A DNA stretch of 64,000 nt from Candidatus Bathyarchaeota archaeon. GTDB lineage: Archaea > Thermoproteota > Bathyarchaeia > Hecatellales > Hecatellaceae. The notes beneath the pieces were generated by a model. It saw only the letters and a list, made by a program, of their open reading frames with translations, did not search any database and was not told the DNA's origin. A program made the position numbers and the translations under genes. Below are positions 9,396 through 18,806 of this stretch, piece after piece. The number at the start of each line of letters is the position of its first letter. The first letter of the stretch is position 1. The DNA is taken from contig JBQPWD010000001.1 in assembly GCA_052246995.1 (NCBI GenBank), positions 64,001 through 128,000 on the forward strand. Direction: 5' to 3'.

Positions 9396-12068
9396 ATGCG
9401 TGTTTACCTTTTTGAGGAGGGTGGAGCTCATCTTAAAAACCTACTTGGAGGTAAAGGTGGAAATCTTGCTGAAATGGCTAGGATAGGTTTGCCAGTTCCA
9501 CCTGGAATAATAGTTACAACTGAAGCTTGCAGAGAATTTTTCGAGAAGAATGAAACTATGCCTGAAGGTTTAATGGAGGAAATTGTGGAAAAACTTAAAA
9601 TAGTTGAGAAGAAAGTTGGACAAAGATTTGGTGATCCCGAAAACCCTTTACTTGTTTCCGTCCGCTCAGGTGCGCCTGTTTCCATGCCTGGCATGATGGA
9701 AACGGTACTTAACCTTGGATTAAATGATGAAACAGTTAAAGGTTTGATTAAGAAGACTGGTGATGAGAGGTTTGCCTATGACTGCTATAGAAGATTTCTT
9801 CAAATGTTTGGTAGAGTTGTGCTTGGAATTAAAGGTGAGAAATTTGATGAAATTTTTGAGGATGTTAAAAGAAGGAAAGGAGTAAAATTTGATGTTGAGC
9901 TTGATGCAGAGGATCTTAAAGAAATAACTGAAAGGTTTAAGGAGCTTATTTTAAGGGAAACAGGCAAACCCATTCCCAGCAATCCTTGGGAACAGTTAAA
10001 ACTGGCTGTAATTGCTGTTTTTAAATCTTGGAATACTCCTAGAGCTATTGTGTATAGGAAGGCTAACAAAATTCCAGATAACCTTTACACCGCTGTAAAC
10101 ATTCAAGTAATGGTTTTTGGAAACCGAGGTTACCCCTCTGGTAGTGGTGTTGTTTTTACACGTAGCCCTGCTACAGGTGAAAAAGAACTTTATGGTGAAT
10201 ACTTGGATAATGCTCAAGGTGAGGATGTTGTTGCAGGAATAAGAACCCCTAAACCTATAAGTAAGCTTAAGAATGAGATGCCTTACCTTTACAATCAGCT
10301 TAAAGAGGTTGCTGAAAAACTTGAAAAACATTACAAGGATATGCAAGATGTTGAGTTTACAATTGAAGATGGTAAGCTTTACATTTTACAAACAAGAACA
10401 GGTAAACGTACGGCTTATGCTGCTGTAAAGATTGCTGTGGACATGGTTAATGAAGGTCTAATAAGTGTTGAAGATGCTTTAATGATGGTTGACCCTGCAC
10501 AATTAACCCAGCTTTTACATCCATCTTTAGATCCAAATGTTAAGGTTAAGCCTATTGCTAAAGGTCTCCCAGCATCTCCCGGTACAACATGTGGGAAGGT
10601 TATTTTCAATGTTGATGAAGCTGCTAAACTTGGAAGTGAAGGTGAAGATGTTATACTTGTTAGACCTGAAACAACACCTGAAGATATTCATGGTGTTATT
10701 GTTGCTAAAGGTATCCTGACAAGTCGCGGAGGTATGACAAGTCATGCCGCTGTTGTTGCTAGAGGGATGGGTAAACCTGCTATTGTTGGATGTGAATCTA
10801 TAAAAATTGATTTAGAGGCTGAAAAGTTTGTAGTGGGAGATGTTGAAGTTAGGAAGGGTGACATCATAACCATTGATGGAACATCAGGTTCTGTTATACT
10901 TGGAAAAGTTCCAATGGTTGAACCTCAAATATCAGGCGAACTGGAGAGACTTCTTAAATGGGCTGATGAAGTTAGAAGTTTAGGTGTACGTGCTAATGCT
11001 GATACCCCTGAAGCTGCAACTAAAGCTAGAATGTTTGGTGCAGAAGGTATTGGGTTGTGCAGAACTGAACGTATGTTCAATGCCCCTGATAGAATAGCAA
11101 TTGTTCAGGAAATGATTTTAGCAAGAACACGTGGGAAAGAGGAGATGAAAAAATATTTAGATAAACTTTTACCTATGCAAAAGGAAGATTTTAAGAGAAT
11201 ATTTAAGGCTATGGATGGTTACCCCGTGACAATTAGACTTCTAGACTTGCCACTTCACGAATTCCTACCCAAAATGGAGGAGCTTATCGAAGAAGTTACA
11301 AGGCTAAAAATAGAGGGTAGGGACTCCGAGAGGCTTAGTGAAAAGGAAAATATTCTTAAACATGTTTTACAGCTTGCTGAGCATAATCCTATGATGGGTC
11401 ATAGAGGTTGTAGGCTTGGTATAACCTACCCTGAGATATACGAAATGCAAACAAGAGCTATATTCGAGGCAGCAATTGAACTTTACAAGGAAGATGTTGA
11501 AGTTAAACCTGAAATAATGCTTCCACTTGTAGGTATGGGTGAAGAATTAGCAAGATTAAGGAAGGTTGTTGAAGAAACTGCGGAGAAAGTTATGACCGAG
11601 AGGGGTGTTAAAATAGAGTACCTCATTGGAACAATGGTTGAGGTTCCAAGAGCAGCTTTAACAGCTGATGAGATAGCTAAATACGCTGATTTCTTCTCGT
11701 TTGGAACTAATGACCTTACACAAACAGTTTTTGCTTTCAGTCGTGATGATGCGGAAGCAAAGTTTTTAAACGAATATCTTGAAAAGAAAATCTTAAAAGT
11801 TAACCCCTTTGAGGTCTTGGACAAAGAGGGTGTTGGAAAACTAATTGATATGGCTGTTAAACTTGGTAGAAGCACTAAGAAAGATTTAAAAATTGGTGTT
11901 TGTGGAGAGCATGGTGGAGAACCAGAATCTATAAACTTCTTCCATAGGGTTGGCGTTAACTATGTAAGCTGTTCTCCGTTTAGAATACCGGTAGCTAGGC
12001 TTGCAGCTGCCCAGGCTAAGCTTAAAGAGGGAAAAATTGTGGAGGAGAGGTGGAAAGCAACAGTTTAA
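9396..12068 (+). CDS. ppdK: pyruvate, phosphate dikinase
   Basis: LLGGKGGNL, SVRSGAPVSMPGMM, GGMTSHAAVVAR phospho-His motif, FSFGTNDL, GVCGEHGG. Confidence 0.97.
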   Translation: MRVYLFEEGGAHLKNLLGGKGGNLAEMARIGLPVPPGIIVTTEACREFFEKNETMPEGLMEEIVEKLKIVEKKVGQRFGDPENPLLVSVRSGAPVSMPGMMETVLNLGLNDETVKGLIKKTGDERFAYDCYRRFLQMFGRVVLGIKGEKFDEIFEDVKRRKGVKFDVELDAEDLKEITERFKELILRETGKPIPSNPWEQLKLAVIAVFKSWNTPRAIVYRKANKIPDNLYTAVNIQVMVFGNRGYPSGSGVVFTRSPATGEKELYGEYLDNAQGEDVVAGIRTPKPISKLKNEMPYLYNQLKEVAEKLEKHYKDMQDVEFTIEDGKLYILQTRTGKRTAYAAVKIAVDMVNEGLISVEDALMMVDPAQLTQLLHPSLDPNVKVKPIAKGLPASPGTTCGKVIFNVDEAAKLGSEGEDVILVRPETTPEDIHGVIVAKGILTSRGGMTSHAAVVARGMGKPAIVGCESIKIDLEAEKFVVGDVEVRKGDIITIDGTSGSVILGKVPMVEPQISGELERLLKWADEVRSLGVRANADTPEAATKARMFGAEGIGLCRTERMFNAPDRIAIVQEMILARTRGKEEMKKYLDKLLPMQKEDFKRIFKAMDGYPVTIRLLDLPLHEFLPKMEELIEEVTRLKIEGRDSERLSEKENILKHVLQLAEHNPMMGHRGCRLGITYPEIYEMQTRAIFEAAIELYKEDVEVKPEIMLPLVGMGEELARLRKVVEETAEKVMTERGVKIEYLIGTMVEVPRAALTADEIAKYADFFSFGTNDLTQTVFAFSRDDAEAKFLNEYLEKKILKVNPFEVLDKEGVGKLIDMAVKLGRSTKKDLKIGVCGEHGGEPESINFFHRVGVNYVSCSPFRIPVARLAAAQAKLKEGKIVEERWKATV

Positions 12069-12073
12069 TCTAA

Positions 12074-12101
12074 ACTTTATTTTACTTTAATTTTTTTTAT
12101 T
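12074..12101 (+). terminator. T-rich archaeal terminator-like tract after ppdK
   Basis: ctttattttactttaattttttttatt directly after the stop codon. Confidence 0.4.
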
Positions 12102-12115
12102 CTTGGAGCAGTAGA

Positions 12116-13126
12116 ATGAAGGTTAAACTTCTTTTTCCAGGATTATTCCAGATTAAACTACCTTTACCAAGTAATCCTTTAGGTTATGTAAACCTCTACC
12201 TTATAGAAGATGAAGGAAAACTTGCATTGATAGATGTAGGATTCAATAATAGGTGTGTGTTTAAGGAGTTATGTCTCCAGCTCAGCGAAGCAGGTTTTAG
12301 TATAAAAGATTTGGAGAAGGTTTTTGTTACACACTTTCACCCTGACCATTCAGGATTGCTGTTAAAGCTAAGAAGTATTCCAAACCTTAAGCTTATACTC
12401 CATACCGTGCAAATAAATGTCTTAAAAAGAAGACTTCTAGTTGGGAATGATTGGTATAGCAGTGGAAAATTTTTTATGGAGAACGGTTTTCCTAAAAAGC
12501 TTTTACTAAGTATGGGTTTAAAATTTAGGTTAGACCTGAAAAACGTTCTAGCTTATAAAAATCTTTTTAATCAACTAGCACATCCCCAGCTGACAATTAG
12601 AGATGACAATGTTAAAATTGGTAACTTTAAATTTAAAATTTTTTGGACACCTGGACATGCAAAAGAGCATGTATGTTTTTATGAAGCTGAAAAGCGGTTT
12701 ATAATTGTTGGAGACCATCTACTTCCAACCATAACTCCAAACATCTTTACATTTGCTAGAAATGAAAATCCGCTGTCTGACTATCTTAAAAGTCTAAGTC
12801 GCATTGAATTCTTCGACGTAGAACATGTTCTTCCTGGTCATGAAGAGGTTTTTAAAGCTTTTAAAGAAAGGATTCAGCAAACAAAAACACACTACATGCA
12901 AAGGTTAAATGAGGTTTTAAGCATTGTTAGTATGGGAAAATTTACCGCATACCATATCGCATCAGAAATTAGGTGGAATTTACCATATCTTTCATGGGAA
13001 AGTTATCCATTACTCCAAAAATTTCTAGCCATGGGTGAAACATTAGCCTACCTAAATTTTCTAAAAACTATGAACATGGTTGAGGAAGTAGTGGAAGGTG
13101 GTAAAATTTTCTATAAAGCCAAATAA
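12116..13126 (+). CDS. MBL-fold metallo-hydrolase
   Basis: THFHPDH, TPGHAKEH, GDHLL and PGHE motifs; C-terminal winged-helix-like tail. Confidence 0.88.
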   Translation: MKVKLLFPGLFQIKLPLPSNPLGYVNLYLIEDEGKLALIDVGFNNRCVFKELCLQLSEAGFSIKDLEKVFVTHFHPDHSGLLLKLRSIPNLKLILHTVQINVLKRRLLVGNDWYSSGKFFMENGFPKKLLLSMGLKFRLDLKNVLAYKNLFNQLAHPQLTIRDDNVKIGNFKFKIFWTPGHAKEHVCFYEAEKRFIIVGDHLLPTITPNIFTFARNENPLSDYLKSLSRIEFFDVEHVLPGHEEVFKAFKERIQQTKTHYMQRLNEVLSIVSMGKFTAYHIASEIRWNLPYLSWESYPLLQKFLAMGETLAYLNFLKTMNMVEEVVEGGKIFYKAK

Positions 13127-13410
13127 CGAAAGATTAAAGAAATTTTTACGGTAAGAAATAAGTACAAGAGCAGTGTTTATCTATATAGTATGTTGCAAGC
13201 AGAACACTTTTTGCTTCTTAATTTTTACTTAAGAAATAAAACTATACAGATTAGGTGTAGAAACCTAGTTAAAGCTGGGATTCTTAAACCCTACCTTGAA
13301 CATCCATGGTTAAAATTTCACCTCGGCAACATTCCCGCTAATGTTAAGATTCCTAGAAAAAATTTAATTAAATCTTTGAGAAAGTAGCTGAAATTATGGT
13401 GAAGTAAAGG

Positions 13411-14829
13411 TTGATGACGTTTTCAGGTAAAAGTTTAGATGTAGTTTTTTATCCAAAGTCTGTTGCACTTGTAGGGGCTTCGAGAGAAGTTGACTTTTAT
13501 ATAAATACCATTTCAGCCTCCAAGTTAAAGGAAAATTTTTTCCTTGTTAATCCCCGGTATAGTGAGGTTTTAGGGTTTAAATGTTATTCAAGCATTTTAG
13601 ACATCCCTAAACCTGTTGATTATGCTATTTTTGCAATTCCAGCCAGACTTATACCTAAAGTTTTGGAGGATTGCGGTAAAAAAGGTGTTAAGGTTGTTCA
13701 TATTTATTCTTCAGGTTTTAGTGAAACTGGACTTGAGGAGGGTAAAAGGCTTGAGGAAGAAATTTTAAACATAGCTAAAAGTTATGGAATTAGAATTATT
13801 GGCCCAAATTGTATGGGAGTTTACTGTCCAGAATCAGGTTTATTCTTTTCTCATGATTTACCTTCTGATGAGGGTTCTGTTGGATTTATATCTCAGAGTG
13901 GGGGTCAAGCTATTAGCTTCATATTTAAGGGAATGTTGAGAGGTTTTAGGTTTAGTAAAGTTATAAGCTATGGTAACGCTTTAGATATAGATTTTGTTGA
14001 ACTTATAGACTACCTAGCTGAGGACTCTAAGACAAGTGTTATTGGGGCGTATGTTGAAGGTTTAAGAAAAACTAAAGGCTTGCTTGAAACCTTAAAAAAA
14101 GCTTCAAAAATAAAACCTTTAGTTATTTTAAAGGGTGGGCAAACAGAAGATGGAGCTAGAGCCGCAGCCTCTCACACGGGTGTACTTGCAGGTTCAGCAA
14201 AAATCTGGGAGGGTTTCCTTAGACAAGTTAAAGCTATACAAGTTGAAAACTTTGATGAAATGGCTGACATTATTGTAGGTTTTCTTTACGCTTTCCCACC
14301 AAAAGGTAAAGGTGTAACTATTGTAACAACTTCAGGTGGTTCTGCCGTTATTCATACAGATTTATGTGTTAAGGTTGGATTAACTATTCCAAAGTTTTCT
14401 GAGGAAACCCAGAATAGGCTTAGAAAGTTTATTCCACTAGCTGGAACAAGCATAAAAAACCCTTTAGATGCTTGGCCAGCTTTTCAGTATGGAACATTAC
14501 CCGATGCTTTAAACGTTATATCCCAAGATGAAAATATTCATTCACTAATTATTGAGGTTCAACCTGAAGAGTTTAAAGCATACACAACCACCGACCCCAC
14601 CATTGTTGACAAGTTTACAGCGATAATAGGTAAAACATGTAAAACTATCATGAATGAACAAGGTAAACCTGTAATGATTGCTGTTACCAGAAGCATCTAC
14701 CCTGAGCTTGAAGCAAAAATTAAAACTCAACTTCAAAACATGAATCTTCCCGTTTACCATTCAGTTTATGATGCAGCAAAAACTCTCTCAGAGCTTTTTT
14801 CAAAGTTTACCTCAATCAACACTAGTTGA
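13411..14829 (+). CDS. acyl-CoA synthetase (ADP-forming) alpha subunit
   Basis: CoA-binding SVALVGAS, IIGPNCMG, SQSGG, phospho-His motif AAASHTGVLAGS, NPLD. Confidence 0.88.
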   Translation: MMTFSGKSLDVVFYPKSVALVGASREVDFYINTISASKLKENFFLVNPRYSEVLGFKCYSSILDIPKPVDYAIFAIPARLIPKVLEDCGKKGVKVVHIYSSGFSETGLEEGKRLEEEILNIAKSYGIRIIGPNCMGVYCPESGLFFSHDLPSDEGSVGFISQSGGQAISFIFKGMLRGFRFSKVISYGNALDIDFVELIDYLAEDSKTSVIGAYVEGLRKTKGLLETLKKASKIKPLVILKGGQTEDGARAAASHTGVLAGSAKIWEGFLRQVKAIQVENFDEMADIIVGFLYAFPPKGKGVTIVTTSGGSAVIHTDLCVKVGLTIPKFSEETQNRLRKFIPLAGTSIKNPLDAWPAFQYGTLPDALNVISQDENIHSLIIEVQPEEFKAYTTTDPTIVDKFTAIIGKTCKTIMNEQGKPVMIAVTRSIYPELEAKIKTQLQNMNLPVYHSVYDAAKTLSELFSKFTSINTS

Positions 14830-15088
14830 AAAGAAACTCAAATTCCAAGTATTAAAAACCGTTTAAGAAGATTTATGTTTCCGAAAAGCAAAATAAACAA
14901 ATTTGATGTATATCTGCCCTTATAGTTTTTAACTTCTTCTCTTGCACCCTGTTTATGACCGTCTCACATTAACTTTTAATTTTTCCGCTACAACTTCAAA
15001 ACCTGATTTTTCAGTAGTCCATTATGTAGACCTTTGGCCAGACCATATAGTTTACTTTCTTTCTAAAAAATATGAGAAGTGAATTGTT

Positions 15089-15166
15089 TGGTAGCGGGGC
15101 GTGGATTTGAACCACGGATCTCGGGGTTATGAGCCCCGCGGGTTAACCTGGCTACCCCACCCCGCT
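15089..15166 (-). tRNA. initiator tRNA-Met (CAT) with genomically encoded CCA
   Basis: Reverse complement AGCGGGGTGGGGTAGCCAGGTTAACCCGCGGGGCTCATAACCCCGAGATCCGTGGTTCAAATCCACGCCCCGCTACCA: cloverleaf, A1:U72 pair, consecutive G-C pairs in the anticodon stem, no intron. Confidence 0.96.
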
Positions 15167-15221
15167 TCTCTTGAGGCTTCTTTTTCTAAACCTTTTGTCA
15201 GTTAATTAACTAGACGACTGT

Positions 15222-15236
15222 TTTATAAATTTTACT
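15222..15236 (-). promoter_or_regulatory. BRE/TATA promoter of the tRNA-iMet gene
   Basis: Minus strand reads AGTAAAATTTATAAA, about 56 nt upstream of the mature 5' end. Confidence 0.55.
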
Positions 15237-15324
15237 TAGTGAGGTTTTTCAAAACAATTTATTTAAAAGTTATCTAAAATAGGGTTACTGTAAGGGGTAA
15301 GTTCTTAAGTGTAAGCAAGTAATT

Positions 15325-15681
15325 ATGACATCAAAGAAGTGGTTGTTGAAGGACAGAGCTTTCACAGCTGTGGGAGGTTGTTTAGGCATGGAGTATATGT
15401 GGTATGTAATAGGCTTCGCCGGAGCCTGTTTAACAATGTTTGGTTTTGTTCCACAGGTTGTTAGAATGTTTAAGACTAAATCAGTAAACGACGTGAGCTT
15501 TCTAACTTTGCTCCAGATAAGTGTAGGTGCATTACTTTGGATACTTTATGGTTTACATATACGTGATGTTGTCGTCGTAACTGCAAACATAGTTACTTTA
15601 ACTACGTTAATCATGACAATAACCCTTTATTTACGCTATAGAAAACCTTGTAAACATACAAAGAATTTTGAACGGAGTTAA
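15325..15681 (+). CDS. SemiSWEET/PQ-loop transporter
   Basis: FGFVPQV, SVNDVS, LLWILYG, 3 TM segments; true start probably ATG 15388 or 15397. Confidence 0.85.
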   Translation: MTSKKWLLKDRAFTAVGGCLGMEYMWYVIGFAGACLTMFGFVPQVVRMFKTKSVNDVSFLTLLQISVGALLWILYGLHIRDVVVVTANIVTLTTLIMTITLYLRYRKPCKHTKNFERS

Positions 15682-15751
15682 TTTTTTAAGTGAAACTCAA
15701 TTGGGTTGGTGAATAATTGGTGGGAGAATAGCGGAAACACTCTTTATTTTT

Positions 15752-16042
15752 TCAATATCTAATCTCAAAATCTTTAAACTCTCCTTTATACTCCTCCCAT
15801 GAAACTTTGATGTCTTTAACTTTTGCAAGGGGTGGGCCTTTACGGCAAAATTTTATCATTTCTTCAACATCTTCTTTTTCACCCTCAAAAACAGCTTCAA
15901 CCTCTCCGTTAGGTAAATTTCTAACCCAACCTTTAACCCCCCTTTTTAAAGCTTCTTTTTTGGTTTCATGCCGAAAAAATACGCCTTGAACTCTTCCACT
16001 TACAACAACATGAGCTCTAACTTTCAACTTGTTAGCCTCCAA
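15752..16042 (-). CDS. acyP: acylphosphatase
   Basis: [23 protein letters not shown] and GPPLAKV motifs. Confidence 0.95.
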   Translation of the reverse strand: MEANKLKVRAHVVVSGRVQGVFFRHETKKEALKRGVKGWVRNLPNGEVEAVFEGEKEDVEEMIKFCRKGPPLAKVKDIKVSWEEYKGEFKDFEIRY

Positions 16043-16171
16043 ATTTTAGGTTCTCATGTTACTCTAACACATTAACTATCTTCCTTTTTTATTTTTAATT
16101 TTTAGAAGCTAAAAAAATAAATAACAGATGCTTACTATTTTGTAAGCGGATGGTTAAAGGGGGTTGAGTGG

Positions 16172-17185
16172 ATTCCCAGCTATAAGAAGATTAGGGCGGA
16201 TAGAGTTAAAGATTTTCTTGAAAGTTTAACTAACGAGTATAAGGTTTATGTTCCAGTAAATCGAGGAAACATTTACGTATTTGAAGAGTTTTCTAGTGGA
16301 AAAAAATTTGAGATTATATACCCAAAAACCATGGTTTCAGCTAAGAAACTTTTTTTACCTCCAGAAGAAGAAGTTCTAGAGTTTAAAGGGTTAAGAGTTA
16401 AAGAAAAAGTTGTAACCGAGAAAAGAGTTTTGTTTGGGGTTCATTCCTGCGATATCAATGCTTTACATATTCTTAATAAAGCATATAGTTTTAGGTATAA
16501 AGACTCTTATTACCTAGCTAGAAGAAAAAATACTTTAATTATTGGCGTAGAATGTCAACCATCTGAAACATGCTTCTGCAAGTCTATGGATGCATTCACT
16601 GTGAACAAAGGTTACGACTTGTTTTTAAGAAAGTTGAACGAGGAATATTACTGTGTTGATATAGCTTCAAAACTTGGTGAAAAGCTTACAGAATCACCTA
16701 TTTTTGAAGATGTAGATTCAGCATTAGCTAGAGAAGCTAAAAAACGCTTTTTTGAGAAAGTTAAAGAAAAAGTTCCAGTAAAAATTGAGGGTTTACCTGA
16801 AAAAATGGATATATGTTTCGCAGACGAAAAAATATGGAGTGATATTGCAAAAAGATGTCTTGGATGTGGAAATTGCACAATGGTTTGTCCTGTCTGTTGC
16901 TGCTTTAATTTTGTGGATACGGTTGACATTGATTTTAAAACTGGTAAACGTGTTAGGAAATGGGACGCTTGCGTTCTTCCAAACTTTTCAGTTGTTGCAG
17001 GAGGAATCAACTTTAGACCAACAATCCAGCATCGAATAAGAAACTGGTTTTATGACAAGTTTAAAGTATTTGTTGACCAAGTGGGAGTTCCTGGTTGTGT
17101 TGGTTGTGGTAGATGTGTAGCTTATTGTCCGGCAAAAATAGACCTAAGAGAGGAAATTAAAAAAATTTGGGAGAGGTTTCCATGA
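16172..17185 (+). CDS. hydB: group 3b NiFe (sulf)hydrogenase beta subunit (AsrA-like Fe-S protein)
   Basis: GVHSCD, CFC, CLGCGNCTMVCPVC and CVGCGRCVAYCP motifs. The frame is open upstream of the track ATG (16331) and encodes the family N-terminus; probable ATT start at 16172. Confidence 0.88.
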   Translation: MPSYKKIRADRVKDFLESLTNEYKVYVPVNRGNIYVFEEFSSGKKFEIIYPKTMVSAKKLFLPPEEEVLEFKGLRVKEKVVTEKRVLFGVHSCDINALHILNKAYSFRYKDSYYLARRKNTLIIGVECQPSETCFCKSMDAFTVNKGYDLFLRKLNEEYYCVDIASKLGEKLTESPIFEDVDSALAREAKKRFFEKVKEKVPVKIEGLPEKMDICFADEKIWSDIAKRCLGCGNCTMVCPVCCCFNFVDTVDIDFKTGKRVRKWDACVLPNFSVVAGGINFRPTIQHRIRNWFYDKFKVFVDQVGVPGCVGCGRCVAYCPAKIDLREEIKKIWERFP

Positions 17186-18027
17186 ATAAAAATCCATATA
17201 TTCCCAATCCAGCGGTGATAGTGGACGTAGTTGATGAAGCTCCAAGGATTAAAACTTTTACCTTAAAATTTAAAAATAAAAAAGTGCAGGAAAAGTTTAT
17301 TTTTTCCCCTGGGCAGTTTGTTCAGCTTGCTATACCTGGTGTTGGAGAAGCACCAATAAGTTTATCTTCATCTCCAACAGAAAAAGAGCATTTTAAGCTT
17401 TGTGTCAGGGCTGTTGGAAATGTTACAAATGTCTTACATAAGCTGAATGTTGGCGATATTGTATGGATTAGAGGTCCTTATGGTAGAGGCTTTAACATGG
17501 ATGATTTTAGGGGAAAAAATCTTGTATTTGTTGCAGGAGGAATAGGTTTGGCACCTTTAAGGTCAGCTATAAACATGGTTGTAAACCTTAGAGAAAATTA
17601 TGGTGATGTTAAAATTCTTTATGGTGATAGGACACCACAACACCTCCTTTTCGCAAAAGAACGTGAATTGTGGCGTAAAACCTGCGAAGTATGCCTAACA
17701 GTTGACGTTCCAGATGAAAGTTGGAGTGGATGTGTTGGTGTTGTTACAAAACTTTTTGACATTGTAAAAGTAACTCCAAATAATAGTGTTGCTCTAGTTT
17801 GCGGCCCGGTTGTTATGTACAGGTTTGTTGTTAAAAAGCTTCTAGAATTAGGTTTTACTGAAGATTCAATTTATCTCTCACTTGAAAGACGTATGAAGTG
17901 TGGTGTTGGAAATTGCAGGCACTGTATGATTGGCTCAAAGTTTGTTTGTCTTGATGGACCTGTTTTCACGTTTAAAGAGCTTAAAAACATCCCTCTTGAA
18001 GAAGTTCCCGAGGCGAAGCTTCCATGA
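17182..18027 (+). CDS. hydG: group 3b hydrogenase gamma subunit (FAD/NAD-binding)
   Basis: PGQFV, RGPYGRGF, AGGIGLAPLR, CGPVVM, LERRMKCGVGNCRHC; ATG overlaps the hydB stop. Confidence 0.92.
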   Translation: MNKNPYIPNPAVIVDVVDEAPRIKTFTLKFKNKKVQEKFIFSPGQFVQLAIPGVGEAPISLSSSPTEKEHFKLCVRAVGNVTNVLHKLNVGDIVWIRGPYGRGFNMDDFRGKNLVFVAGGIGLAPLRSAINMVVNLRENYGDVKILYGDRTPQHLLFAKERELWRKTCEVCLTVDVPDESWSGCVGVVTKLFDIVKVTPNNSVALVCGPVVMYRFVVKKLLELGFTEDSIYLSLERRMKCGVGNCRHCMIGSKFVCLDGPVFTFKELKNIPLEEVPEAKLP

Positions 18028-18803
18028 GTGGGAAAATTGGCTTTAAAAAAGTTAAACCTGTAGTCGGTATTTTTGACTTAACAGATTGTAATGGTTGTTT
18101 ATGGGCTTTTGCTAATCATCCTGAATCTTTAAGCATACTTAAAATGGTGAAAATTAAAAGTTTTAGGCTTGTATCAGATGGCAAGCTTCGTGGACGTTAC
18201 GATGTTTCTATTGTTGAAGGTTATCCTGGAGACGAAGAGGAAGTTGAGATTCTTAAAAGAATTAGAGAAAGTTCTGACATCCTTATTGCCTTAGGTGCAT
18301 GTGCATGTACTGGAGGTATACAAACCATACGTAACTTTTTAAATCTAGGCGAAGTTAAAAACTACGTTTATCCTGGTAACACCTCTATTAAGCTTGTTGA
18401 AGCAAAACCTGTGGATGCTTATGTTAAGGTAGACTTTTATATTCCAGGTTGTCCTGTAAATGGAGGAGAAGTTGTTGAAGCTTTAAAAGCTCTTATTTTA
18501 GGTAAAACTCCCGAAGTTCCAAACTATGCTGTTTGTGTTGAATGTAAAATGAGAGAAACTGAATGTATGCTTATTAAAGGTTCTCCCTGTCTTGGACCTG
18601 TAACTCGTGGCGGTTGCAACGCACCGTGTCCTGCCGCAGGCTATGTTTGTGATGGTTGTAGAGGACCTTTAAGCGAAGCTAATTTTGCATCTGAAGCTGA
18701 GATTTTAAAGCAAATTGTCAAGGAGAAAGATTTAACCCTTCTTTTTAGGAGATATGCTGGCTTAATGGAAGGTTTTAAAAAAATTGCTGAAGGTGGAATG
18801 TAA
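18024..18803 (+). CDS. hydD: group 3b hydrogenase delta (small) subunit
   Basis: CNGC, GACACTGG, IPGCP, CVEC, CLGPVTRGGCNAPCP and CDGCRG motifs. Confidence 0.92.
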   Translation: MSGKIGFKKVKPVVGIFDLTDCNGCLWAFANHPESLSILKMVKIKSFRLVSDGKLRGRYDVSIVEGYPGDEEEVEILKRIRESSDILIALGACACTGGIQTIRNFLNLGEVKNYVYPGNTSIKLVEAKPVDAYVKVDFYIPGCPVNGGEVVEALKALILGKTPEVPNYAVCVECKMRETECMLIKGSPCLGPVTRGGCNAPCPAAGYVCDGCRGPLSEANFASEAEILKQIVKEKDLTLLFRRYAGLMEGFKKIAEGGM

Positions 18804-18806
18804 AAA

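Noticed and set aside
9428-11875. Antisense and alternative-frame ORFs within ppdK, and similar ones within smc, rpl4, trkH, ilvB and the hyd genes
   Set aside because: Shadow ORFs of well-supported genes; Ser/Phe/Leu-rich mirror composition with no motifs.
13190-13387. 65-aa ORF between the MBL and ACD genes
   Set aside because: No recognisable motif or SD; overlaps a possible IS-end remnant; probably spurious.
14830-15088. Region downstream of the tRNA 3' end as an integration site
   Set aside because: No integrase and no duplicated tRNA 3' fragment seen in the window.
15200-15219. An 18/20 match (AGTCGTCT.GTT.ATTAACT) between the tRNA upstream region (minus strand) and 62457-62476
   Set aside because: Only two copies, on opposite sides of the nearest TATA-like box; a rough estimate puts it within chance for AT-rich DNA.
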